The notes beneath the pieces were generated by a model. That model was not told the DNA's origin and ran no database searches. It saw only the letters and a program-made list of their open reading frames with translations. From Actinomycetes bacterium (GTDB lineage: Bacteria > Actinomycetota > Actinomycetes > S36-B12): a stretch of 64,000 bases of DNA. Position 1 is the first letter of the stretch; each line of letters starts with the position of its first letter. The stretch spans positions 2,221,368 through 2,285,367 of the forward strand of contig OZ257127.1 in the NCBI GenBank assembly GCA_965278965.1. Reading direction: 5' to 3'. Below, piece by piece: positions 1-13,134 of this stretch. A program made the translations under genes and the position numbers.

Positions 1-209
1 TGCCGTGACGTGACGGCGACCGCCCCCTCGTCCACTGCCATCGCCCGCACCTCTTCCGGGATGTCGTAGTGGTCGCCCTGGAAACCGCGCTCGGGGATGC
101 CCAGCCACCGGGCGAACGCGTGGAGCTCGTCGAGGCTCTCGTCGCTGACCATGTGGCACCACAGCCGGTCCCGCCATGGCCAGATGCAGTCGTCGACGAG
201 GATCGTCAC
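1..209 (-). CDS. DUF4031 family protein (partial, runs off window start)
   Basis: Manual translation from GTG at 209: MTILVDDCIWPWRDRLWCHMVSDESLDELHAFARWLGIPERGFQGDHYDIP. GTGA overlap with the upstream aminotransferase stop. Not in the ORF track because it has no stop in the window. Confidence 0.75.
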   Translation of the reverse strand, partial: MTILVDDCIWPWRDRLWCHMVSDESLDELHAFARWLGIPERGFQGDHYDIPEEVRAMAVDEGAVAVTSR

Positions 210-1381
210 GGCCGGCCGAGCCCGTTCTCGAGCCGCTCGAGTGCGTCGGTGAGCACGTCGGTCCGCTTGCAGAACGCCCACCGCACGTACGGTGCCCCGA
301 TCGTCGCGTCGTCGCAGAACACCTGGTGTGGGATCGCGACGACGCCGGCCCGGCCGGGCAGGTCGCGGCAGAACGCGAGACCGTCCGCATAGCCGAGCGG
401 CCGGATGTCCGTCGTGATGAAGTACGTGCCCTCGGTCGGCAGGACGCGCAGCCCGAGCCCGGCCAAGCCCCCGGTGAGCAGGTCGCGCTTGGCCGCCAGG
501 TCGGCACGCAGGCCGTCGAAGTACGTGTCAGGCAGGCGAAGGCCCTCGGCCATGGCGATCTGGAACGGCCCGCCGGAGACGTATGACAGGTGCTGTCGGA
601 TGACCCGGACGGCCGCGATGAGATCGCGCGGACCGCTCGCCCAGCCCACCTTCCAGCCGGTGAACGAGAACGACTTCCCCCCGGACCCGACGGTGATCGT
701 GCGCTCCCACATCCCCGGCAGCGTGCTGATCGGCACGTGCCGGTGGTCGTCGAACCACAGGTGCTCGTAGGCCTCGTCGGCGAGCACGATGACGTCGGCG
801 TCGATCGCGATGCGCGCGACCTCGGCCAGCTCGGCGGGAGTCAGCACGATGCCGCTCGGGTTGTGCGGCGAGTTCAGCAGGATCACGCGGGTGCGGTCGG
901 TGACGGCGGCGCGCAGGCCGTCGAGGTCGGGTCGCAGGTCCGGGCCGGTCAAGGGGACCCCGACGCGCCGGCCGCCGGCCAGCGAGATGCCTGCGGCGTA
1001 GATGTCGAACCATGGCTCGAGGACGACCACCTCGTCGCCGGCGTCGACGAGGGCCAGCAGCGCGGACTGGATGACCTCGGAGGCACCGGTGCCGACGACG
1101 ACCTCGGTGTCCGGATCGACGTCGAGTCCGTAGAAGCGGCGCTGGTGTCCCGCGATCGCCTCGCGGAGGACCGGCATCCCGTGGGCAGGCGGGTACTGGT
1201 TGCCGCGTCCGTCGCGGATGGCCGCGATGGCCGCGTCCTTCAGCACCTGGGGACCGTCGGTGTCGGGAAAGCCCTGCCCGAGGTTGATCGCGCCGACCTC
1301 GGTCGCCAGCCGGGACATCTCGGCGAAGACCGACGTGGCGTGCTCGGCCATGCGGGGGACGAGCAGGGGCTCCCGGCGCAT
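206..1381 (-). CDS. PLP-dependent class I/II aminotransferase (DapC/YbdL-like)
   Basis: INLGQGFPD, NSPHNPSG, DEAYEHL and the PLP-lysine motif SGGKSFSFTGWKVGW. Confidence 0.9.
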   Translation of the reverse strand: MRREPLLVPRMAEHATSVFAEMSRLATEVGAINLGQGFPDTDGPQVLKDAAIAAIRDGRGNQYPPAHGMPVLREAIAGHQRRFYGLDVDPDTEVVVGTGASEVIQSALLALVDAGDEVVVLEPWFDIYAAGISLAGGRRVGVPLTGPDLRPDLDGLRAAVTDRTRVILLNSPHNPSGIVLTPAELAEVARIAIDADVIVLADEAYEHLWFDDHRHVPISTLPGMWERTITVGSGGKSFSFTGWKVGWASGPRDLIAAVRVIRQHLSYVSGGPFQIAMAEGLRLPDTYFDGLRADLAAKRDLLTGGLAGLGLRVLPTEGTYFITTDIRPLGYADGLAFCRDLPGRAGVVAIPHQVFCDDATIGAPYVRWAFCKRTDVLTDALERLENGLGRP

Positions 1382-1403
1382 CCGGCGACCATACGCTGGG
1401 CCC

Positions 1404-2597
1404 GTGCCCGCTCACGCCGACGCCGCCGAGCCAGGCGGTGACCCGGTCGGTCCGGCTGCCGCCACGGCGGTGCCGGCGGGCGCGGGGGTCATCGGCGAGG
1501 TCATCGCCCCGGGGGCGGCGGACGCGGACCGGTACGGCGTTCCCCGGTCGACGATCGACTCTCTCGCCGCCGCCGGACTGCTCGGAGACGCGCTGAGCAC
1601 TGAGCAGTGGCGTGAGACCAGCGAGCGGCTCGCCGCCGCCGACGCGTCGACCTGGTTTTGCTGGGTCCAGCACGTCACGCCGTTGCGTGTGCTGGCGGGT
1701 CGGGCCGCGGGCGAGGTGTCTGCCGGTTCGGACGTGCTGCGGGCACGGCTGCTGCCAGAGCTGCGCACGGGCCGCCGGCTGGCCGCCGTGGCGTTCGCGC
1801 ACCTGCGGCGCCCCGGCCCGCCGAACCCGGTCGCCACGCGCGTGGGTGGTGGCTGGCGCCTGGACGGCCGCCTTGACTGGGTCACGTCGTGGGACATCGC
1901 CGATGACCTGCTCGTCATGGCGCGCGGTGCTGGCGACGACGCCGACGCCATCGTGTGCGCGTACCTGCCGGCCGGGCTCGGGCCGCAGACCCCAGGGCTG
2001 GCGGCCGGGGAGCCGTTGCGGCTGCTCGCGATGTCGGGGACCCACACGCGGCCGATCACGCTCACCGGGGTCGTGGTGCCCGATGAGCGGGTGGGCGCCG
2101 TGCTCGACGCAGCGACCTGGTCCGGCGCGGACGCCCGTACGACCGCGGACGCGAGTCCGGCGACGTTCGGCGTGGTTCGCGGGGCGCTGGCCGAGCTCGC
2201 CTCGGTCGCTGCTGCTCGCGGGGACACGTCGGCGGCCGACTTCGTCGAGCGGGCGGCGGACGAGTGCCGGGCGCTGCGGGGGCGGGCGTACGCGCTCGCC
2301 GACACGGACGGCGACGTGGAGGAGCGTCTGACGACGCGGGCCGAGGCCCTCGACCTTGCGGTGCGGGCGGCTCAGGCCGTCGTCGTTGCGCGGTCCGGTG
2401 GGGCCATGCGCAGCGGGTGCTCGGCCGAACGTCGGATGCGGGAGGCGCTGTTCCTCCTCGTGCAGGCGCAGACGGCCGCCACGCGCGCGGCGTCGCTGAG
2501 CCTCCTGACCCCGACGGGTCAGCGGGGGACGCGGACGACGAACACCGGGGAGTCAGCCGGGCCGGCAGCGTTGGTGGCCCGCACCACGCACGAGTAG
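1404..2597 (+). CDS. Acyl-CoA dehydrogenase family protein
   Basis: Motifs [12 protein letters not shown] and [14 protein letters not shown]; C-terminal [17 protein letters not shown]. Start moved to GTG 1404 (TACGCT -10 lies 6 nt upstream). Confidence 0.75.
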   Translation: MPAHADAAEPGGDPVGPAAATAVPAGAGVIGEVIAPGAADADRYGVPRSTIDSLAAAGLLGDALSTEQWRETSERLAAADASTWFCWVQHVTPLRVLAGRAAGEVSAGSDVLRARLLPELRTGRRLAAVAFAHLRRPGPPNPVATRVGGGWRLDGRLDWVTSWDIADDLLVMARGAGDDADAIVCAYLPAGLGPQTPGLAAGEPLRLLAMSGTHTRPITLTGVVVPDERVGAVLDAATWSGADARTTADASPATFGVVRGALAELASVAAARGDTSAADFVERAADECRALRGRAYALADTDGDVEERLTTRAEALDLAVRAAQAVVVARSGGAMRSGCSAERRMREALFLLVQAQTAATRAASLSLLTPTGQRGTRTTNTGESAGPAALVARTTHE

Positions 2598-3964
2598 CGG
2601 ATGGGCCGCATCCCCGTGAGGACGGCCCGCCGGCCGGTCACGTCTGCGGCGACGGTCGGGCCGCTGGCGGGGGTGCAGACGACCTGCGTCGACGTCACCG
2701 GGGACGCGGCCGAGCTGCTCGGCGTCACACGGACGACGACGCGACCGGCGACGGAGGTCGCCTTGACGATCCGGCCGACCTCGGGCACGGCGGCCGGAGT
2801 GGCGGCGACCGGACCGGCGACAGGTGAGTTGCCGAGCGTGGTCCCGGTGATGGCCGTGACCTGGTAGGCGGTGCCGTCCGTGAGCCCGTCGACCTGGCAC
2901 GTGGCGGGCGCGCCGTCCTTGCGGGGCTGTGTGAAGCAGTTGAGCACCTGACCGGTGGCGGGGTCGAGGACGCTGACGGCGAAGGCCGTCGCCTTGGAGC
3001 CGTCCGCCGCCGGGGTCAGCGAGACGAGGAGGCCGCCGGGGCGCGGGGCGACGGCGAGGGCCGGCGGCTGCGTCGGCGCGTTCGGTCCGGCGGCGCCGAG
3101 GCTGGCCAGGAAGTCGTACTCCGCCGCTACGCGCGCGTAGACGCCGGCGAAGTTCGTCGCGCACTCCTTGCCCCAGCTCACGACGCCGACCAGGCGCGCG
3201 TCCTCGCCGTTGCCGGCGACCAGGGGGCCGCCGGAGTCGCCTTGGCAGCTGTCGATGATGCTGCCGGACGACGTGACCCCGGCGGCGCACAGCATCGACG
3301 ACGGATCCGCCTGGGAGGACGAGAAGCCGTTGAAGCGGACGCCACCGACGGTGAACGACTGGCCGCTCCCGCAGGCGCCGTCCGGGAACACGACGAGCTT
3401 GCCGACGCGGTAGGCCGCCGGATAGGTCTGCTGCGCCACGGACATCCGACCCCAGCCGGCGACCCGGACCGTGGATCCCGGGGACGTGAGCGCCGCGGCC
3501 TCGGCCGGCGTGGCCGGCGTGAGGACGACGGCGTTCGGGACCGGCTCGGCGAGCGTGAGGACGGCGACGTCGTTGGAGGCGGTCCGGCGCGCGTAGTCAG
3601 GGTTCGGGGTGACGCGTGCCACCTCGACCACGCGCAACGACGGGGACTTGAGGTTGGAGCCGAGACCGACGAGGACGCCCGACGGCGCGCGGACGTCGCC
3701 CGTGCTCTCGTCGACGACGCAGTGGGCCGCGGTGACGATCGTCGTCGGGGTCGTCAAAGTGCCCCCGCAGAACTGCGCGTCGAACGCGCCGGACTTCGCG
3801 TAGCGGTCGGGGAGCAGCAGCGCGACGAGGTAGCCGAACTCGGCTGCCGGGCCGTCGTCGCCGTTGATGATCCGGGGTTGCACGACCGGCTGGGCGGCTG
3901 CGGTCGCCGCGCCCGTAACGCCGGCCAGGATCGCCGCGGCGACGGCCGCGACGAGGGCGCGCAT
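2519..3964 (-). CDS. Secreted trypsin-like (S1) serine protease with C-terminal fibronectin type III-like domains
   Basis: Signal peptide [15 protein letters not shown]; RIING; triad motifs [19 protein letters not shown]; LTDGTAYQV Fn3-like segment. Start moved to ATG 3964. Confidence 0.88.
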   Translation of the reverse strand: MRALVAAVAAAILAGVTGAATAAAQPVVQPRIINGDDGPAAEFGYLVALLLPDRYAKSGAFDAQFCGGTLTTPTTIVTAAHCVVDESTGDVRAPSGVLVGLGSNLKSPSLRVVEVARVTPNPDYARRTASNDVAVLTLAEPVPNAVVLTPATPAEAAALTSPGSTVRVAGWGRMSVAQQTYPAAYRVGKLVVFPDGACGSGQSFTVGGVRFNGFSSSQADPSSMLCAAGVTSSGSIIDSCQGDSGGPLVAGNGEDARLVGVVSWGKECATNFAGVYARVAAEYDFLASLGAAGPNAPTQPPALAVAPRPGGLLVSLTPAADGSKATAFAVSVLDPATGQVLNCFTQPRKDGAPATCQVDGLTDGTAYQVTAITGTTLGNSPVAGPVAATPAAVPEVGRIVKATSVAGRVVVRVTPSSSAASPVTSTQVVCTPASGPTVAADVTGRRAVLTGMRPIRYSCVVRATNAAGPADSPVFVVRVPR

Positions 3965-4069
3965 GATCGGCCGGCGGGTACTCACTTGCACACGGTACGT
4001 TGCCAGGGCCGTTCGCGTCCCCAGGGGAGGGACGCGCGCGTTCGCGCAGCGCTCGGGAGGTGACCGGTC

Positions 4070-4831
4070 TTGGCCCTGGCCCTGGTCACCGGCCCGACCA
4101 CCGGCATCGGTCGCGCGTTCGGGGACGCGCTCGCCCGCCGGGGCCTCGACCTGGTCCTCGTCTCGCGCGACGCCGAACGGCTCGCGCTCACCGCGGCGGA
4201 GATCACGGCGACGTACGGGGTCGCGTGCGAGGTCGTCGCGGCCGACCTCTCGGTGCGTGCGGACATCGACGCCGTGGCGCGGCTCCTCGCCGAGCGCCCG
4301 GTCGACGTGCTCGTGAACAACGCCGGCTTCGGGCTGGGCGTCGGGTTCGACCGGTCGGACGTCGACGACGAGCAGCGCCTCCTGGACGTCCTCGTCACGG
4401 CAGTCATGCGGCTGACGCACGCGGCGGTGCCCGGCATGGTCGAGCGCCGGTTCGGGCTGGTCGTCAACGTCGGCAGCGTCGCGGCGTGGATCCCGGGCGG
4501 CAGCTACTCCGCGGCCAAGGCGTGGGTCACGACGATGAGCGAGAGCCTGGCCCAGTCCCTCGACGGGACGGGCGTGCGCGTGGTCGTGGCGGCCGCCGGG
4601 TTCACCCGGACGGAGTTCCACGCGCGGGCCGGCACCGGCGCGCCGACCGTGCCGTCCTGGATGTGGCTCGAGCCCGCTCAGGTGGCGGAGGCGGCGCTGC
4701 GGGACGCGGCGCTCGGCCGGTCGGTCAGCGTCGCCGGGAGGCAGTACCGGCCGATGATCGCGATGCTGCGCAACGGTCCCGCCGCCCTCGGCCGCCTCGT
4801 CACGGCGACCCGCAACCGTCGCCGCCCCTGA
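4070..4831 (+). CDS. SDR family oxidoreductase
   Basis: [19 protein letters not shown]. Confidence 0.9.
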   Translation: MALALVTGPTTGIGRAFGDALARRGLDLVLVSRDAERLALTAAEITATYGVACEVVAADLSVRADIDAVARLLAERPVDVLVNNAGFGLGVGFDRSDVDDEQRLLDVLVTAVMRLTHAAVPGMVERRFGLVVNVGSVAAWIPGGSYSAAKAWVTTMSESLAQSLDGTGVRVVVAAAGFTRTEFHARAGTGAPTVPSWMWLEPAQVAEAALRDAALGRSVSVAGRQYRPMIAMLRNGPAALGRLVTATRNRRRP

Positions 4832-4835
4832 CCGC

Positions 4836-4906
4836 CGACGCGCCTGGGGTGGTCGTTATTGCGGCCGGAATGCCCGTTTTAGCGACCATTCAAGGCGCCT
4901 CGGCGG
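4836..4906. repeat. 71-nt imperfect palindrome, REP-like family A, copy 1
   Basis: Arms cgacgcgcctggggtggtcgttat (4836-4859) and tagcgaccattcaaggcgcctcggcgg (4880-4906) with a 20-nt spacer. Lies between convergent stop codons. Same element inverted at 35827-35897. Confidence 0.85.
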
Positions 4907-4907
4907 G

Positions 4908-5342
4908 TCAGTCGGCGGGGCGCCAGGGGTCGGCGCCGACCAGCAGCGTCCAGCCCCGCAGCCGGACCATCGACGTGATCAGGTCGCCGGCGTCGTCGAC
5001 GACGACCGTGACGGGCGCGTCCGGCCACGTGTCGCTCACCGGCGGCAGGTCGGGCCGCACCAGCAGGTACTCCTCGACGCGGCGATGAGCCGCGAACTGG
5101 GCCCGCGCGACGGCCGGCAAGAGCAGCGCCCCGTCGCCTGCGGCGGCGACGACCAGCGGTGCGGCCGGTGCAGCCATGGCGATCGCGGCGCACACGCGGG
5201 TGGGGTGAGTGGCGGCCGGTCCGTCGTCCGCGGGCAGCTCGAGGATCTGCCACGTGCGATCAGGGGCGTCGACGAGCGAGCGCAGCCGCGACCGCGCGGC
5301 CGGGTCACCGCCCGGCAGCACGATGACGGTCGCAGCGCCCAT
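4908..5342 (-). CDS. Hypothetical protein
   Basis: Fills the SDR-pyrE gap with a plausible protein. Start moved to ATG 5342 so it does not overlap pyrE. Confidence 0.55.
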   Translation of the reverse strand: MGAATVIVLPGGDPAARSRLRSLVDAPDRTWQILELPADDGPAATHPTRVCAAIAMAAPAAPLVVAAAGDGALLLPAVARAQFAAHRRVEEYLLVRPDLPPVSDTWPDAPVTVVVDDAGDLITSMVRLRGWTLLVGADPWRPAD

Positions 5343-5377
5343 GGGAGCGCCGACCCTAGCCCCAATAGGCTCCGCCC

Positions 5378-5920
5378 ATGCCCAGCCCCGCATGGTCCGC
5401 GCTGCGCGACCAGATCGTCGAGAAGGCCGTCGTGCACGGCAAGGTCATCCTCTCCAGCGGGCGTGAGGCCGACTACTACGTCGACCTGCGCCGGGTCACG
5501 CTCGACGGCACGGCGGCCCCGCTCGTCGGCATGGTCATGCGGGAGCTCACCGAGGAGTGGGAGTACGACGCGGTCGGCGGCCTCACTCTCGGCGCGGATC
5601 CGGTGGCTGCCGCGATGCTGCACGACGCGGCCCGCACGGGCGAGCGCCTCGACGCCTTCGTCGTGCGCAAGTCTGAGAAGCAGCACGGCCTCCAGCGGCG
5701 GATCGAAGGTCCGGACGTATCCGGCCGGTCGGTGCTCGCGGTCGAGGACACGTCGACGACCGGCGGCTCGGTGCTGACGGCGGTGGACGCCCTGGTCGAA
5801 GCGGGGGCGAGGGTCGTCGGGGTCGCGGTCATCGTTGATCGCGGCGCCGGTCCGGCGATCGTCGACCGCGGACTGGCCTACAAGGCGGCCTACTCGCTGG
5901 CGGACCTCGGACTGGCCTGA
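5378..5920 (+). CDS. pyrE: Orotate phosphoribosyltransferase
   Basis: LSSGREADYYVDLR, VRKSEKQHG, PRPP-binding VEDTSTTGGS. Confidence 0.95.
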   Translation: MPSPAWSALRDQIVEKAVVHGKVILSSGREADYYVDLRRVTLDGTAAPLVGMVMRELTEEWEYDAVGGLTLGADPVAAAMLHDAARTGERLDAFVVRKSEKQHGLQRRIEGPDVSGRSVLAVEDTSTTGGSVLTAVDALVEAGARVVGVAVIVDRGAGPAIVDRGLAYKAAYSLADLGLA

Positions 5921-6603
5921 GCGGACGCCTCGGCGGCCGCGCGTCGGCGGTGGCGGAGGTACTCGAAGGCCATCGGGATGACGCTCACCAGGACGATCAG
6001 GACGAGGATCACCTCGACGTTGTCCTTGACGAACTCGATGCTGCCGAGCCAGTAGCCCAGAAGGGTCACGCCGGCGGCCCACAGCACGCCGCCGATGGCA
6101 CTGAACGTGATGAACCGCGTGAAGCTCATGCGGCCGGCGCCGGCGACCGCCGTGATGAACGTGCGCACGATCGGCACGAAGCGCGCGAGGATGATCGCGG
6201 TGGCGCCGTACTTCTCGAAGAACTCGTGCGTCTTCGTCAGGTACGCGGGTTTGAAGACCCGCGAGTCCGGTCGGTTGAACAGCCGTGGTCCGATCGCGTA
6301 GCCGATCCAGTAGCCCACGACGTTGCCGAGGACGGCGGCGATCGCGAGGAGGGCGCACGCGACCCAGATGTTGACGTCGATCACGCCGCTCGCGATGAAC
6401 AGGCCCACGACGAACAGCAGCGAGTCGCCCGGCATGAAGAACAAGAAGAGCCCGCACTCGGCGAAGACGATCGCCAACGACGCCCAGAACGCGAACGTGC
6501 CCAAGCTGGTCAGCAGGGTCTCGGCGTTCAGCCAGTCGGGCAGCAGTGCCGGCACCGCCGTGACGACCGCGAGGGAGGACGACGACAGGCCGGGCAGGTC
6601 CAT
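5890..6603 (-). CDS. DedA (VTT domain) membrane protein
   Basis: IVFAECGLFLFFMPGDSLLF, ILARFVPIVRTF. The 3' end overlaps pyrE by 31 bp. Confidence 0.92.
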   Translation of the reverse strand: MDLPGLSSSSLAVVTAVPALLPDWLNAETLLTSLGTFAFWASLAIVFAECGLFLFFMPGDSLLFVVGLFIASGVIDVNIWVACALLAIAAVLGNVVGYWIGYAIGPRLFNRPDSRVFKPAYLTKTHEFFEKYGATAIILARFVPIVRTFITAVAGAGRMSFTRFITFSAIGGVLWAAGVTLLGYWLGSIEFVKDNVEVILVLIVLVSVIPMAFEYLRHRRRAAAEASAQASPRSASE

Positions 6604-6626
6604 CCCGTCAGGCTATCGTCGCGGCC

Positions 6627-7259
6627 ATGCCTGCTTCGACCGCGCCGTCGGTGGGGGTCGGGCCCTGGGAAGGCGACTGGCCCGACGACCCGCGCCTGGA
6701 TCCCGAGCTGCTCGCGAATGGCGATCGGCGGAACGTCGTCGACGGCTACCGCTACTGGCGGCTCGACGCGATCGTCGCCGATCTCGACGCGCGCCGGTTC
6801 CCGTTCCACGTCGCCATCGAGAACCTCGGTCATGACTTCAACATCGGCTCGGTCGTCCGAACGGCCAACGCGTTCGGTGCGCGCGAGGTGCATATCGTCG
6901 GGCGCCGCCGATGGAACCGGCGCGGGGCGATGGTGACCGACCGCTACCTGCACGTCCGTCACCATTCGGACGCCGCGGCGCTCGCGACGTGGTCGGGGGA
7001 CGTTGGTCTGCCCGTCATCGGCATCGACAACGCCCCGGGATCGACGGCGCTGGAGGAGTTCGACCTCCCTCGCGAGTGCGTCCTGGCGTTCGGTGAGGAG
7101 GGCTCCGGACTGAGCGCCGGCGTTCTCGACCACTGCACCGCCGTCCTGGCGATCGCGCAGTTCGGCTCGACGCGCTCGATCAACGTGGGCGCCGCCGCCG
7201 CGGTCGCGATGCACGCGTGGGTGCGCCGTCACGCGTTCGGCCAGAGCCCGAACCCGTGA
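6627..7259 (+). CDS. TrmH/SpoU family RNA methyltransferase
   Basis: HDFNIGSVVRTANAF, FGEEGSGL, GSTRSINVGAAAAVAM. Confidence 0.9.
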   Translation: MPASTAPSVGVGPWEGDWPDDPRLDPELLANGDRRNVVDGYRYWRLDAIVADLDARRFPFHVAIENLGHDFNIGSVVRTANAFGAREVHIVGRRRWNRRGAMVTDRYLHVRHHSDAAALATWSGDVGLPVIGIDNAPGSTALEEFDLPRECVLAFGEEGSGLSAGVLDHCTAVLAIAQFGSTRSINVGAAAAVAMHAWVRRHAFGQSPNP

Positions 7260-8512
7260 GCACCCCCACGACGCCCGGCCGTGCACTGGCGGGCAACGCC
7301 TACTACCGACGGCTGTTCGCCTCGCGGGTCATCAGCAACATCGGCAACGGGATCCAGCCGATCGCGCTCGCGTTCGGCGTACTCGCACTGCCCGGGGCGA
7401 CTGCCGGCACGCTGAGCATCGTCCTGCTGGCAGCGGCCGTCCCGCTCGTCATCGTGCTGCCGTTCGGCGGCGTGATCGCCGATCGGGTGGGTGCGGCTCG
7501 AGTCATCTGGACGACGGACGTGGTCGTCAGTGCCGTCATCGCCGTCGAGGCGCTGCTGTTCATCACCGGGACGGTGACGATCCCGGTCCTCGTCGTGCTC
7601 GCCGCGATCGTGGGTGCGCTGAACGCGCTGTGGTGGCCCGCCTACCCGGCGCTCATCCCCGACGTCATCGCATCTGAGGACCATCTGCAGCCGGCCAATG
7701 CCTACGTCAGCGTCGCGTCGAACGGCGGGCTGATCGCTGGCAACGCGATCGGCGGCCTGCTCGTCGCCGCGTTCGGTGCCGGACCGGCGATCGCCGTCGA
7801 TGCCGTGACCTTCCTCGTCGCGGGCCTGCTGGTCATGAGCTTCCGACACGTCTCGAAGCCGCGGAACTCGGGCAAGTCGATGCTCGGTGACCTGGCGCAC
7901 GGCTGGCGGCTCGTCACGTCGATCCGGTGGTTCGTCGTCGTCGTGCTCGCCTTCAGCATCATCGTCATGGCCCTGCGCGGGGCGGAGGAGGTGATGGGCC
8001 CGGTCCTCGCCAACGAGCACTACGGCGGCGCCGCGGGCTGGTCGATCGTCCTCGCGGCGATGTCCGGGGGACTCCTGGTCGGCGCCGTCGTAGCGTCGCG
8101 CATCCGGATCAGCCGGCCGATGCTGTTCGGGATGCTCATCACCTTGGTGCTGCCGGTGTGGCTGGTGACCCTCGCGTTCGCGATGCCGCTGCCGGTCGTC
8201 GCCATCGGGGCGTTCGGCTGGGGGATGGCGATCGAGCTGTTCCAGGTCATCTGGTACACGACGATCCAGACGCACATCCCGCGGGCGTCCATCTCGCGCG
8301 TGATCTCCTACGACGCGATGGGCTCGCTGATGTTCGGCCCGATCGGCTTGGCGCTCGCCGGCCCGCTCATCATCTGGGTGGGGATCGAGGAGGCCTTCCT
8401 CATCGCCGCCGGCGTCGCCCTTCTGGCGATCCTGGCCTCCTTGCTGTCGCGGTCCGTCCGGTCGCTGCGGAGCGACGACCCCGTGATCGAGGTCCCCGCC
8501 GAGGCGGGCTGA
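7256..8512 (+). CDS. MFS transporter (DHA3/MefA-like)
   Basis: About 12 hydrophobic segments and the GGVIADRVG motif. Start moved to GTG 7256 (GTGA coupling with TrmH). Confidence 0.85.
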   Translation: MSTPTTPGRALAGNAYYRRLFASRVISNIGNGIQPIALAFGVLALPGATAGTLSIVLLAAAVPLVIVLPFGGVIADRVGAARVIWTTDVVVSAVIAVEALLFITGTVTIPVLVVLAAIVGALNALWWPAYPALIPDVIASEDHLQPANAYVSVASNGGLIAGNAIGGLLVAAFGAGPAIAVDAVTFLVAGLLVMSFRHVSKPRNSGKSMLGDLAHGWRLVTSIRWFVVVVLAFSIIVMALRGAEEVMGPVLANEHYGGAAGWSIVLAAMSGGLLVGAVVASRIRISRPMLFGMLITLVLPVWLVTLAFAMPLPVVAIGAFGWGMAIELFQVIWYTTIQTHIPRASISRVISYDAMGSLMFGPIGLALAGPLIIWVGIEEAFLIAAGVALLAILASLLSRSVRSLRSDDPVIEVPAEAG

Positions 8513-8606
8513 GCCGTCGGGCCGCGCCGTCGGACGGGCCGAGACAACGCGGGCGGCGCGTGGAAGGATGGAACCGCTTACACCCGTCCCAACCGCAGGA
8601 GTGGCA

Positions 8607-9629
8607 ATGCCCATCGCGACCCCCGAGGTCTACGCCGAGATGCTGGACCGAGCCAAGGCCGGCCAGTTCGCCTACCCGGCGATCAACTGCACGTCGTCCC
8701 AGACCATCGTCGCCGCGATCCGCGGGTTCGCCGAGGCTGAGAGCGACGGCATCGTCCAGGTGTCGTGGGGGGGCGCCGAGTTCGCGTCCGGCATGACGGT
8801 CAAGAGCATGGTCGCCGGCGCCGTGGCGCTGGCTGAGTTCGCGCGGTCGATCGCGTCGTCCTACGACGTCAACATCGCCCTGCACACCGACCACTGCCCG
8901 AAGGACAAGCTGCCCGGCTTCATGGAGCCGCTGCTGGCGATCTCGGCCGAGCGCGTCGCCGCCGGCCAGGAGCCGCTGTTCGGCTCGCACATGTGGGACG
9001 GCTCCGCGGTCCCGCTGAAGGAGAACATGGAGATCGCCGAGCGCATGCTCGAGGCCTCCGTGAAGGCACGCACGATCCTCGAGATCGAGATCGGTGTCGT
9101 CGGCGGCGAGGAGGACGGCATCGAGGCCACTCACGACGCGAAGCTGTTCTCCACGGTCGAGGACGGCCTTGCGACCGCCGAGGCCCTCGGCCTCGGTGAG
9201 CGCGGCCGCTACATGGTCGCGGCGACGTTCGGCAACGTGCACGGTGTCTACAAGCCGGGCAACGTCGTCCTGACCCCCAAGGTCCTCGACGACATCCAGA
9301 CCGCCGTCGGCGCCAAGTACGGGGTCGAGAAGCCGTTCGACCTCGTGTTCCACGGCGGCTCGGGATCGCTGCTCAGCGAGATCCGCGAGGCGCTCGACTA
9401 CGGCGTCGTGAAGATGAACGTCGACACCGACACCCAGTACGCGTTCACTCGCCCCGTCGCCGACCATATGTTCCGGAACTACGACGGCGTCCTGAAGATC
9501 GACGGCGAGGTCGGCAACAAGAAGCAGTACGACCCGCGGGCCTGGGGCCGGCTGGCCGAGACCGGTATGGCTGCCCGCGTCACCCGCGCCTGCGAGGACC
9601 TGCGCAGCGCCGGCACCAAGATGCCGTAG
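8607..9629 (+). CDS. fbaA: Class II fructose-bisphosphate aldolase
   Basis: LHTDHC, FGNVHGVYKPG, FHGGSGS, KMNVDTDTQ. AGGAG RBS precedes ATG 8607. Confidence 0.95.
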   Translation: MPIATPEVYAEMLDRAKAGQFAYPAINCTSSQTIVAAIRGFAEAESDGIVQVSWGGAEFASGMTVKSMVAGAVALAEFARSIASSYDVNIALHTDHCPKDKLPGFMEPLLAISAERVAAGQEPLFGSHMWDGSAVPLKENMEIAERMLEASVKARTILEIEIGVVGGEEDGIEATHDAKLFSTVEDGLATAEALGLGERGRYMVAATFGNVHGVYKPGNVVLTPKVLDDIQTAVGAKYGVEKPFDLVFHGGSGSLLSEIREALDYGVVKMNVDTDTQYAFTRPVADHMFRNYDGVLKIDGEVGNKKQYDPRAWGRLAETGMAARVTRACEDLRSAGTKMP

Positions 9630-9631
9630 CA

Positions 9632-9712
9632 GGTAGACGAACCGCACGACCCGCCGTCGCCGCGCGCCCCTCCGATCGGGTGGCGCGAACGCGGCGGGTC
9701 GCGCGGTCTACC
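9632..9712 (+). terminator. Long GC-rich hairpin after fbaA
   Basis: accgcacgacccgccg (9641-9656) and cggcgggtcgcgcggt (9692-9707) are 15/16 complementary, with outer ggtagac/gtctacc. Confidence 0.55.
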
Positions 9713-9732
9713 GACGCACCTAGGCTGAGGCC

Positions 9733-10137
9733 ATGAGCCTTGGAGCCGACCTGCTTGGCGGACCACCGCCGACCCTGCTGCCCGTCGACCCGGCCGCGGC
9801 CGCGCTGGCCGACGGCGTCGACCCGTCGCTGGTGGCCCGCGCGAACCCGACCAGCTCGCTGGCCTGGGTGGTGCTGGCCGATCTCGCGTGGGCGGATGGT
9901 CAGGTCCTCGAGTCCTACGCGTTCGCGCGGGTCGGCTACCACCGTGGCCTGGACGCCCTGCGGCGAGCGGGGTGGAAGGGGCACGGCCCCGTGCCGTGGA
10001 GCCACGAGCCCAACCGCGGTTTCCTGCGTTGCCTGTCCGCGTTGCGCCGTGCCGCGGACGCGATCGGGGAGGCCGGCGAGGTCGAGCGCCTCGACGTGTT
10101 CCTCGCCGACTGCGACCCGGCCGCGCCGACCGGCTGA
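9733..10137 (+). CDS. DUF3151 family protein
   Basis: AYAFARVGYHRGLD-like core (ESYAFARVGYHRGLDALRRAGWKGHGPVPWSHEPNRGFLR); located after fbaA as is usual in actinomycetes. Confidence 0.85.
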   Translation: MSLGADLLGGPPPTLLPVDPAAAALADGVDPSLVARANPTSSLAWVVLADLAWADGQVLESYAFARVGYHRGLDALRRAGWKGHGPVPWSHEPNRGFLRCLSALRRAADAIGEAGEVERLDVFLADCDPAAPTG

Positions 10138-10169
10138 CCCGTTGACGAGCTGACGAGCTGAACAGCGCC

Positions 10170-12454
<2,285 letters not shown>

Positions 12455-12465
12455 GCGGGCCGACG

Positions 12466-13134
12466 ATGACCGACGCGGCGGCCGAGTCGGCGCGTTTCGT
12501 CCCGCGCGTTGATGCCCGCCCGGACGACCCGGTCTGGGCGGAGGCGACATGGCCGATGCCGAACGGTCTGGTCCTTCGCGGGGAGCACGTCACGCTGGCC
12601 CGCAGCGTCCCCGACGACGCCTACGCGATGTTCCGCGCGCTCGATGACCCGCTGGTCTGGACGCACGTGCGGGGACGGCCGGCGAACGCCGACCAGCTCG
12701 CCGCCCAGCTCGCCGACGCCGCAGGCACCGGGCGGTACCCGTTCACCGTGCGCATCGGCACGCAGGTCGTCGGGACGACGTCGTACCTGGAGGTATCGGC
12801 GGCCGATGCGCGCCTGGAGATCGGCTTCACGGTCTACGCGCGGGACGTGTGGGCGACCGCCGTCAACCCGGAGTGCAAGCTGCTGCTGATGGGGTGGGCG
12901 TTCGACCACGGCTTCGGTCGCGTGCAGCTGAAGACCGACATCCGCAACTCCCGCAGCCAGCAGGCGATAGCCCGCCTCGGGGCGCAGTACGAGGGCGTGC
13001 TGCGCCGGTACCAGCGGCGCGCGGACGGAACCATTCGCGACACGGTCGTCTTCTCGGTGACCGCCGAGGAGTGGCCGACGGTTCGCGACGGGCTACGCGT
13101 GCGCCTCGCGTCATACCCGCCTAGCCGACCGTGA
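12466..13134 (+). CDS. GNAT N-acetyltransferase (RimJ/RimL type)
   Basis: LEIGFT, VNPECKLLL, RVQLKTDIRNSRSQQAIARLGAQYEGVLR. Confidence 0.88.
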   Translation: MTDAAAESARFVPRVDARPDDPVWAEATWPMPNGLVLRGEHVTLARSVPDDAYAMFRALDDPLVWTHVRGRPANADQLAAQLADAAGTGRYPFTVRIGTQVVGTTSYLEVSAADARLEIGFTVYARDVWATAVNPECKLLLMGWAFDHGFGRVQLKTDIRNSRSQQAIARLGAQYEGVLRRYQRRADGTIRDTVVFSVTAEEWPTVRDGLRVRLASYPPSRP

